Origin: Desulfotalea psychrophila LSv54
GTDB lineage: Bacteria; Desulfobacterota; Desulfobulbia; Desulfobulbales; Desulfocapsaceae
Assembly: GCF_000025945.1 (NCBI RefSeq)
Contig: NC_006138.1
Span: 2,850,001 to 2,882,000 of the forward strand
DNA: 32,000 nt
Direction: 5' to 3'
Shown: positions 9,115-16,501 of the stretch, in pieces
Position numbering within the stretch: position 1 is the first letter of the stretch
Layout of the letters: each line of letters begins with the position of its first letter
The notes under the pieces: generated by a model
What the model saw: only the letters and a program-made list of their open reading frames with translations
The model's database searches: none
Told to the model about the DNA's origin: nothing
Position numbers and translations under genes: made by a program

Positions 9115-9534
9115 CTAATTCTTAGTTTGCACCAACTCCTTGTATGGCCAGCCACCCATGCCATTTTCAAGGATCATCATTTTTTCAGCCGGAACATTTT
9201 TTGATTCCATATAGTCATAGCAGCGCTTTGCCCCACTCTTCCCACCAGGACAGACCACAACAACCGGACTGCCGCTCTGCTCATAGAGCTTAACAGCCTG
9301 ATCAATTCTTGCCCGTTCCACATCACTTTTGACAGGATAGGCATAGGTGGCAACGGAGCCTGGCAGATGATGCCTGTTAAATTCCTTTTCCACCTGAATA
9401 TCAACAATAATCATGGCACTACCGACGGCAAGATTCTCCTTCACCTGCTTGGCTGATATGTAATTGTAATTTCCGGCAAAAGATGTTGAAGCTACACAGA
9501 GCAGACAAAATACAATGGCAATAATACGTTTCAT
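9115..9534 (-). CDS. Periplasmic single-domain rhodanese-like sulfurtransferase
   Basis: Start taken at the ATG at 9534 (MKRIIAIVFCLLCVASTSFAG, a signal peptide) with an AGGAG RBS. Rhodanese fold pattern (IIVDIQ..EF...HLPGS) and an active-site-like loop VVVVCPGGKSGAKR. Confidence 0.8.
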   Translation of the reverse strand: MKRIIAIVFCLLCVASTSFAGNYNYISAKQVKENLAVGSAMIIVDIQVEKEFNRHHLPGSVATYAYPVKSDVERARIDQAVKLYEQSGSPVVVVCPGGKSGAKRCYDYMESKNVPAEKMMILENGMGGWPYKELVQTKN

Positions 9535-9955
9535 TCTAAACACTCTCCTTTTCACTATTTTCCATAAACAACTGATACTAATACAGGATGAGCACTCTAC
9601 CCCATAGTTTCTACCAGTACCAATTGGAATAGCGGATAACAACAGCGACTCATATAGAAAAGGGCAATGCCACGAAACCCTATCCCCTGACAGACCTGGC
9701 TCCTAACTGAAATATTTGCGACAAGTGCACAACAGAATCTACTAGCCGGCCCACCCCTTAGTAAGTCAATTATTAAATGAATTTTGTCTGCATTATTGCG
9801 TAAGCCTTCTGAATATGTTCAGTCTCTCTCTATTCATACAATCGTAATCAGTATCAATAGCCCTGAATCTTGGGACTGTTAAATCGACAATGAACCCTTT
9901 GAATAGCCCGAGCAAAGTGCTCTTCTGCCACTTACACCAACCATAAGGAAAAATA

Positions 9956-10585
9956 ATGTCATTTGCTCAACAACTTTGGCAAGAGAACAGAGAGATTGCC
10001 CAGTCCTGTCGTAACCATCCCTTTGTCCGGGGAATAGAAGACGGCTCTTTAGCCAAAAAGCTCTTTTCCTACTATGTGAGTCAAGATGCGTTTTTCCTAA
10101 AGGCCTTTGCCCGGGCATATACCATAGCTGGGGCACGGGTAACCGACTGGAATGATTTCAAGACCCTGCACCACCTGACAGAAGGAGTTCTTGGAGAGCT
10201 ACAGCTTCATGAAGGCTATGCCCGAGAGTGGGGCGTGGATATCACTCAGGTAGAACCCGGCGCTGCAACCCGTCACTATACAGATTTTGTCCTAGCTATA
10301 GCCTGGGGCAAAGAGCTTGGCCAAACCCTTGCCGCCCTTGTACCCTGCATGCGTCTCTATGCTTGGCTTGGCCAAGAACTTGCCAAAACCAACGGGAAAA
10401 AGCATCTCTACAGTAACTGGATCAACACCTATAGCAGTAAAGAAATCGAAGAGCTTGCCTCAGAGCTTGAACGGCTGCTCGTCCTCTATGCAAGCCCTAA
10501 GGATAAACAGATTGCCGAAACTTATAGATATGCAATGGAATGTGAACTGAGGTTTTTCGAAGCCGCCTTGACCTGGGACCTATAG
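9956..10585 (+). CDS. tenA: TenA family protein (thiaminase II / aminopyrimidine aminohydrolase)
   Basis: 209-aa ORF with a TenA/PqqC-like pattern (HPFVRGIEDGSL....F.YYV.QD.FFL..FARAY, EWG, YTDF, VPCMRLYAWLG, Y...EC.FFE). Confidence 0.87.
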   Translation: MSFAQQLWQENREIAQSCRNHPFVRGIEDGSLAKKLFSYYVSQDAFFLKAFARAYTIAGARVTDWNDFKTLHHLTEGVLGELQLHEGYAREWGVDITQVEPGAATRHYTDFVLAIAWGKELGQTLAALVPCMRLYAWLGQELAKTNGKKHLYSNWINTYSSKEIEELASELERLLVLYASPKDKQIAETYRYAMECELRFFEAALTWDL

Positions 10586-11049
10586 CCCCTCTGTTGATTT
10601 AATGACAAGATCCAAACCTCATGACCTAACGACACCGCAGCGAGCTGCTCTCCACCCCCACAAAATGTCACTTTAAGCTGCGAAAAACATTTGGTTGTTT
10701 ACTCTAATGACCGCCAGAGTTATTATCCTAAAAGTAACTGATATCATGGCATGTAACGGGCTGAGAAGATGGCAGGAGCAAAACTTAGCGGACCTGCATG
10801 GATTGAAAATAATGTCTTTTCGGAGGAACGCTTGGCTATATAGCCAAATACAACAAAGTGTTATGCTATATTCAGGCGATAGCTATCTGGGACGCCTCAC
10901 AAGTGAAGGTGCCATAATTGCCCTCAACACCTGGATCTCTGGCGTGAGGCAACACTGTCCGCCTGCTACCAAGGCTTTAGGGAAATCTATTTACCAATAT
11001 CCGGTATTTTTCCGGGACTTTAATCAACAACAACATAGTGGAGAGGTAC

Positions 11050-11430
11050 ATGAATAATTTCAATCAAGTATTGCAGGAAATGGATTTTGACTTTCTGGGC
11101 GCAGGTAAGCACTCGATGAGTGTCGAGGCAATGCGTAAGGCACTGGGCAACGACCACTTCCTCTTTCTGGATGTGCGCACGGAGTCAGAGCGAGACTATC
11201 TCAGGCTTCCATTTGCAAGCCATATCCCCTTAAGTGAACTACCGACACGCCTAAAAGAACTGCCTCAAGAGAAATGTATTGTCCCCTTCTGCTCTTCAAT
11301 TTTTCGTGGGGCAGTGGCCTACACCTATCTTCGGGGCAATGGATTCAAAGAGGTTAAAATCCTCACGGCAAGCATGGAAGATATTGTTTCAGCCTTCAAA
11401 CCCGGACCACTGGCCAAAATGTTAGCCTAA
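11050..11430 (+). CDS. Cytoplasmic rhodanese-like domain protein
   Basis: ATG at 11050 preceded by a GGAGAGG RBS. Rhodanese pattern (LFLDVRTESERDYLRLPFASHIPLSELP) and a catalytic-type loop FCSSIFRG. Confidence 0.8.
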   Translation: MNNFNQVLQEMDFDFLGAGKHSMSVEAMRKALGNDHFLFLDVRTESERDYLRLPFASHIPLSELPTRLKELPQEKCIVPFCSSIFRGAVAYTYLRGNGFKEVKILTASMEDIVSAFKPGPLAKMLA

Positions 11431-11490
11431 AAATAGCCCCGAAAAGTTCACCTAATAATGCTGATAGTTGATAGAAAAAGGTAGGTCGTG

Positions 11491-12240
11491 ATGGATGTTA
11501 CATGCTTAATTATTGTCGTTGTTGCCTTTTCCCTGAGTTTTGTCTTTGCTCTGGGAGGAATCGGTTCTGCCCTGGCACTTATTCCCAGTTTAACCTGGCT
11601 GGGTCTTCCATTTGCCCAGGCGAGGGCAATCGGCCTCTTTGTCAATACAGTGAGTATGGCCGGGGCGACCTACTCCAATATAAGGAACAGGCGTCTTGAT
11701 TTTCGTCTGGGAATCCCCATCATTCTCCCATCGATTATCCTTGCACCGGTGGGAGCATGGACGGGACATTTTATAGAGACGCGCTACCTGCTTATGGTCT
11801 TTATCGCCTTTCTTTCTTTCTCCGGGTTGATGATGCTGCTGTTCAAGGGATCGAAATACGCAAATCAATACCGGGAAGACAGACCCATTACCGGCCCCCT
11901 GCTGACGGGGATTGCAGCAGGCTTTCTCTCGGGACTGCTGGGGGTAGGTGGGGGGGGACTCATTTCACCGCTTATGATTCTGCAGGGATTCAACCCGAAA
12001 AAAGTTGCGGCAATAACAGCCTTTGCCGTCCCCTTCTCTTCACTTTCGGCATTTATCACCTATGCCCTTATGGGCTCTGTCCCCTGGGGGATTCTCCTCT
12101 ATGCAGGGCCTGCAGCATGGCTGGGTGGTTATCTTGGCACCATGGTCATGCACCAAAAAATGCACCCTGGAACCGTCAAAAAATTTCTTGGGGTGGTTCT
12201 TCTATTGCTCGCCTTGCGCTTCATCCTTTCAATCTCTTAA
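11491..12240 (+). CDS. TauE/SafE (TSUP, DUF81) family sulfite/organosulfonate exporter
   Basis: About 249-aa polytopic membrane protein with the two-repeat TSUP pattern (GGIGSALALIP... and GLLGVGGGGLISPLMIL). The start at 11491 (ATG) or 11488 (GTG) is uncertain. Confidence 0.87.
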   Translation: MDVTCLIIVVVAFSLSFVFALGGIGSALALIPSLTWLGLPFAQARAIGLFVNTVSMAGATYSNIRNRRLDFRLGIPIILPSIILAPVGAWTGHFIETRYLLMVFIAFLSFSGLMMLLFKGSKYANQYREDRPITGPLLTGIAAGFLSGLLGVGGGGLISPLMILQGFNPKKVAAITAFAVPFSSLSAFITYALMGSVPWGILLYAGPAAWLGGYLGTMVMHQKMHPGTVKKFLGVVLLLLALRFILSIS

Positions 12241-12264
12241 AAGAGGACAAGTTCACGCCCTGAC

Positions 12265-12300
12265 AAAAAAGTGCATGCTCTAAATTCATAGAGCATGCAC
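12265..12300 (-). terminator. Intrinsic terminator of the dehydratase-like/activase operon
   Basis: Perfect 12-bp stem GTGCATGCTCTA (12271-12282) / TAGAGCATGCAC (12289-12300). A U-run follows on the minus strand (A6 at 12265-12270 on the + strand). Confidence 0.7.
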
Positions 12301-12309
12301 AGATAGCAA

Positions 12310-13062
12310 TTAGCCCAGATCAAGGGCCAAAAGGGCAGCACCAAAGGCACCTATATACTGAGGATTCTCCGGGACAAGGATGGTACGTTCTAGCTTTTCA
12401 GCGAGCAACTGAACGATACAGCTATTTTTTGCCACCCCACCGGTAAAGACAATATCGCCCTCGCGGGAGACACGGTTCACCATCCCCGCTGCTCGCCGCA
12501 CCACACTATCGTGAAGGCCACGAGCAATATCACAACGGTTCTCTCCCCTGGCAATAAGAGATGTCACCTCAGATTCGGCAAAGACCGTACACATACTGGA
12601 GACATGGACATCACTCCCGCCGCTTAGGGCCTGCGCCCCGAAATCGGCTATAGCAAAGCCCAGGGCCCTGGACATAATTTCAAGAAACTTGCCCGTACCT
12701 GCCGCACAACGGTCATTCATCTCGAATTTTTTCACCCTGCCATTTGCCAGAAGCGAAATGGCCTTGCTATCCTGACCACCTATATCGATCACTGACAGGG
12801 CCTCTGGAAAGAAATGCCTGGCCCCCCGGGCATGGGCCTTTATCTCCGTCACCGTTGCCGCATCGAAGGAAATTTCAAAAAGATTACGTCCATAGCCCGT
12901 AGCCATCATACGGTCATAAGAGACATCATGAAGCATTTTCCCGGCCTCAAGCAGAGGATCAAAGCCCGTATCCCCTTGCATACTCTGCACCAGATTACCG
13001 GCTTCATCAAGCACCACCAGCTCAATACTTCGAGAGCCTATATCAATTCCTGCAAAATGCAT
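12310..13062 (-). CDS. BcrAD/BadFG/HgdC-type ATPase (activase of 2-hydroxyacyl-CoA-dehydratase-like enzymes)
   Basis: ASKHA-fold motifs (GIDIGSRSIELVV, DIGGQDSKAI, NDRCAAGTGKFLE with the cluster-bridging Cys, FTGGVAKN). ATG at 13062 lies 16 nt after the upstream stop, with a GGGGGAA RBS. Confidence 0.9.
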   Translation of the reverse strand: MHFAGIDIGSRSIELVVLDEAGNLVQSMQGDTGFDPLLEAGKMLHDVSYDRMMATGYGRNLFEISFDAATVTEIKAHARGARHFFPEALSVIDIGGQDSKAISLLANGRVKKFEMNDRCAAGTGKFLEIMSRALGFAIADFGAQALSGGSDVHVSSMCTVFAESEVTSLIARGENRCDIARGLHDSVVRRAAGMVNRVSREGDIVFTGGVAKNSCIVQLLAEKLERTILVPENPQYIGAFGAALLALDLG

Positions 13063-13077
13063 CTGTTCCCCCAATAA

Positions 13078-14355
13078 TTAGCGAAGCTGTTCAACAAAGG
13101 CCTCAACCCGAGTTTTAAGCTGTCCCATATCTTCCATGCTGTAGTCAGTTTCAAGACGAAGGCAGGGAATCCCCACCTCCTCAAGGCTATTCTCCACCGG
13201 CACAGCCTCCATCAAATAGGGCTGACAGAACTGCAAGCCATAGTGAATAACCCCATCTGCGCCATAGGATTCAACCATCTCTCTAATATGGTCACGACGC
13301 TCACCATTGGGGGTGAAAATGGCACAGTCAACGGCAAAGTATCTATCAACAATGGCATCCATCATTTCAGCAACACTCTCCCCGGATTCATCGGTCAAAT
13401 TACGGGTTCCACGTTCACCTACACAGGATTCCTCACCGACAATAACAGCGCCAAGACCTTCAATGATCATGGGAAGTTTCCAATTTGGCACAGCCTGAGG
13501 ACAACCGGAAATCAAAATACGCGGAGTTCGCGGAGCTGAAACACCCCGTTTTTCGGCAACGCGTTTTTCCAACTCATCACAGAGAAGATGAACAGATTCG
13601 GTAAAACGCTGTGGATTATCATAGAAGAAAATCTGATTGGCCAGGAGGGAATCAAGTCCGGAGATGGGAGCGGGATCAGCCTTACGCAGGGCAAGAAGAC
13701 GATGCATTGCCGCCCGCTTTTTATTAACCAAGACGATGGCATCCCGTAAACTCTCGGCGGTAATCTTCACCCCGGTAAGTACCTCTACCGCATCTTTAAA
13801 ACGAAGATATTCCGCCTTCAAGAGTTCCCGACCCTGGGCAGATTTCACCTGGGGCAAATCCATTATATAGAGGTTGTCAACAAGACCACCAAGGGTTTCA
13901 TAGGCCTTCTTCTTACCATCACAGGTATTCTCTCCAACAACCATATCTGCACTTTCAAGATAAGGGCAGACCTTGGCCAGCTTGAAACCAAAGGATGATT
14001 TAATCAGGGCACAGGTATTTCGGGGCAAGAGCCTCTCGACCTCTTCCATGGCAAAATCGGCACCGGAGCAGAGTCCCACCAGGGTAGCATTGGCAGCAAG
14101 GGCAATTTCTTCGGGGACAAAAACACAGTAGGAGCCAATTATCTTCCGCCCCTCTCTCTTTTCATCCATCAGCTCCTTAATACGCAGACCATGCACCTCG
14201 CTCATAACAAAATCAAAATAGGCCATTGCCTCCGGACGATTTTTCTGAGCCAGATAAATGTCCCTATAGGCATCACCCAAAACAGCAAGCAGGGCATCAT
14301 GTCCCTCTAAATCCACCCCAAGATCCTGCCACATGGCCCGGTAATCTTCACTCAT
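13078..14355 (-). CDS. 2-hydroxyacyl-CoA dehydratase family protein, single-subunit (double-cubane-cluster-protein-like)
   Basis: About 425-aa ORF (ATG 14355, AGGAG RBS). HAD/BcrC-family pattern with 11 Cys, including GSYCVFVPEE, NTCALIKS, KVCPY, ENTCDGKKK, ISGCPQ, EESCVG, VDCAI and LQFCQPY. No second dehydratase subunit gene is adjacent. Confidence 0.85.
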   Translation of the reverse strand: MSEDYRAMWQDLGVDLEGHDALLAVLGDAYRDIYLAQKNRPEAMAYFDFVMSEVHGLRIKELMDEKREGRKIIGSYCVFVPEEIALAANATLVGLCSGADFAMEEVERLLPRNTCALIKSSFGFKLAKVCPYLESADMVVGENTCDGKKKAYETLGGLVDNLYIMDLPQVKSAQGRELLKAEYLRFKDAVEVLTGVKITAESLRDAIVLVNKKRAAMHRLLALRKADPAPISGLDSLLANQIFFYDNPQRFTESVHLLCDELEKRVAEKRGVSAPRTPRILISGCPQAVPNWKLPMIIEGLGAVIVGEESCVGERGTRNLTDESGESVAEMMDAIVDRYFAVDCAIFTPNGERRDHIREMVESYGADGVIHYGLQFCQPYLMEAVPVENSLEEVGIPCLRLETDYSMEDMGQLKTRVEAFVEQLR

Positions 14356-14612
14356 TACATATCTCCTATTGAAAATAATTTTCACGGATTACCCCTGAGG
14401 ATAATTACTAAAAAAAAGAAAAAGTTCACAGAGGGGAGATTTAATACGTATCGAGCCACAAATCTAACAGGAAATACCTATGGCGCACAGCCCTACTATA
14501 GGAAATACAAATTACTATAATTACTGATTTTTTTACAGAGGAGAGAAATGATGACTCTGGCTGGTCTGGTGCTGAAAAGACCAGACCAGCCAGAGGGCGA
14601 ACAAAACTGCTC

Positions 14613-14688
14613 TTAGCCTATGGGCAGAACGGTTCTTTCAAACTGCTCATTAATAATCTCTGCCATGGCAAGATAGATGGCTCTCGCT
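14613..14688 (-). pseudogene. Remnant of the C-terminal 24 codons plus stop of a second satP/yaaH-like gene
   Basis: 76 nt align at roughly 85-90% identity (by eye) with the 3' end of the intact satP gene at 19374-19449. It would encode ARAIYLAMAEIINEQFERTVLPIG*. An in-frame TGA lies upstream and there is no start codon. Confidence 0.75.
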
Positions 14689-14775
14689 AAATCGTGATTT
14701 TTTCATGTGAATCCTCCTGTCATATTTACTGGAAAATTCTACTTTTTACCGCATTGTTTTTTCGGGGGGATTACC

Positions 14776-14809
14776 AAAAAAAAGGGCCGACCTAAATATA
14801 GGTCGGCCC
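14776..14809 (-). terminator. Intrinsic terminator downstream of the permease gene
   Basis: Stem GGGCCGACC (14784-14792) / GGTCGGCCC (14801-14809), followed on the minus strand by a U8 run (A8 at 14776-14783). Confidence 0.8.
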
Positions 14810-14833
14810 TTCATACTGTTCTATGTTTATTCT

Positions 14834-16292
14834 TTATTGACCTAGAATAGCAGGTATACCTGGAAGCTGACCAACAAGAGCCAGCGATCCAACACAGATA
14901 ACAAACGCAATCCCTGGGATAATCAGTCTATCTTTGAGAGAAAGTTCACTTGCACGTTCATGGTCACCAATGAGTCCCATATTATCAAGAAGCATAGTAG
15001 TTGCCCAACCAAAAACAGGGTTAACAATGGCACAAGCAAAGATACAGATACCAGCACTAAGGGAATCTTTTTGCTTATTTACCATTTGCATACCAGCTTC
15101 AAGAAGTGGCAAGAAAACACCAACTATGAGAGCTACGCGGAGTACAGGTTCCCACATCGCAAGATCCATCGGATATCCAGTAACAGAGGCAACAACACAG
15201 AGTAGACCTGTAAGAAGTGCACCACCCGGAATAGGGCGCTTAGCAATTGCTGCAGGGATCATATAGGTTCCCCAAGACGAAGCAAGGTTACCACCACCAA
15301 GAACTGAACCAACACCTTGACGAACAGAAGCAATAGTCATGGTATCATCAACATCCATCAATACGCCTTCGGCATCTTTTTGGGTAGTTAAGTTCTTGGA
15401 AAACACGATGGCCGAGATAATCAGGAGACCACATTGCAACGGCAAGCAAAGCAAAAGGAGTTACCGCAATAAATTGGTTAAGATTAGGCCATCCAAGCTG
15501 CCAACCAGTAGTTTCGCCCCACCAGTAAAGTGGACTCATGTGTGGAAGACCTGGAGTTGTAGTAAAATGAAACTCTGCACCAAGTGCAAAAGCAACAACA
15601 CCAGCAATAATAGAACAAACAGGAATTGCAACCCAACGAAGTTTAAGCTTAGCAAGATATGCATAAATCAAAAGGGTAATTCCAATTACAGCAAATGAAA
15701 TATAACCCTGGTCTGTTGAAGCAGCCCAGGCTTCAAGTTTACCAATTTGGCCAATAAGACCAACAGCACCCAGATAAATCAAGAGCCCGCCACGAACACC
15801 AACACCAGTCAGCGTCATTAGCTTAGAGCCACCCTTCGTAAAGGCGAGTATCAGTCCAAAAAATGCCACCATTAAACCGAGAGACAAGGGGTGCCCACCT
15901 GCTGCTGCAATCAGAGGGATGAGCGGAATCATCGGCCCATGGGTCCCCGCAAGATTGGCATTCGGCATAAGAAGAGCAGAAAAGAGAATAACAAAAAGTG
16001 CCCCTATGAGAAGCTCCCAGCGTACGTTCTCGGCAACAAAAGCGGCATCTAAACCATACTCTGTTGCAAAAACAGCTACCATAGCGGTAACCATAACAAC
16101 CTTTCCGATTGTTGCCGCAAGTGCAGGAACCCAATCTTCCAGCTCCACTCCCCAATCACGGATAGGAAGGTTAAATCTCCAACGCTTAAAGCTCATGATT
16201 TTAAGTTCATGATCCAGATACTCAGATCTTTTCTCAAACTCATGGGCTTTTTTGCGCATATCTTTGTAAAACTTTTTTTCCTCTTTAGCCAT
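14834..16292 (-). pseudogene. Putative polytopic permease (NCS2/SulP-like; family uncertain), reading frame broken once
   Basis: ORFs 15348-16292 and 14834-15454 are both highly hydrophobic and overlap in different frames. Joining them at the A5 run (T5 at 15377-15381 on +) gives one roughly 485-aa protein reading ...FQELNYPK|DAEGVLMDVDD... Confidence 0.75.
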
Positions 16293-16501
16293 CTACACTC
16301 TACTCCATTTTAATAAAATTTTGAAAAATTCACTCTTTCAGTTAATGGTGCGTTTATAGGAGAGGTGAAAAACAGTTTGCAAACACTACAAGGCGATAGT
16401 AATTATTTAAGTTGCAACTATATAGACCACGCTTCCTAACGCTCTTTGTTTTTTCTAACGAACAGAGCTACAAGAATATACTCAACCTATTAGTTTAATT
16501 T

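Noticed and set aside
9100-9135. Alternative intron 5' end at GTGCAA (minus strand, inside the last codons of the rhodanese gene)
   Set aside because: It would have A at intron position 5. Splicing would replace the natural-looking rhodanese C-terminus with a long unrelated extension. The GTGGG site is also backed by the 7-nt EBS1/IBS1-like complementarity.
8189-9204. Plus-strand ORFs (8189-8572, 8819-9118, 8863-9204) and the minus-strand ORF 8982-9170 inside or over the intron 5' region
   Set aside because: They lie within or antisense to structured group II intron RNA (domains I-III). They overlap each other and have no protein-like motifs.
10755-10835. TPP-riboswitch-like fragments (GGGCTGAGA at about 10758-10766 and ACCTGCATGGATTGAAAATAATG... 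at about 10792) just downstream of tenA
   Set aside because: Only the CUGAGA and ACCUG fragments match. No P3 hairpin precedes CUGAGA. The P4/P5 helix (CUGG...CCAG) and the GCGUAGGGA element cannot be formed. The site is downstream of tenA and about 200 nt from the next start.
10695-11057. 120-aa ORF filling the tenA-rhodanese gap
   Set aside because: It has a TTG start, no RBS, no recognisable family and an atypical composition. It also overlaps the better-supported rhodanese start, so I treated it as non-coding leader.
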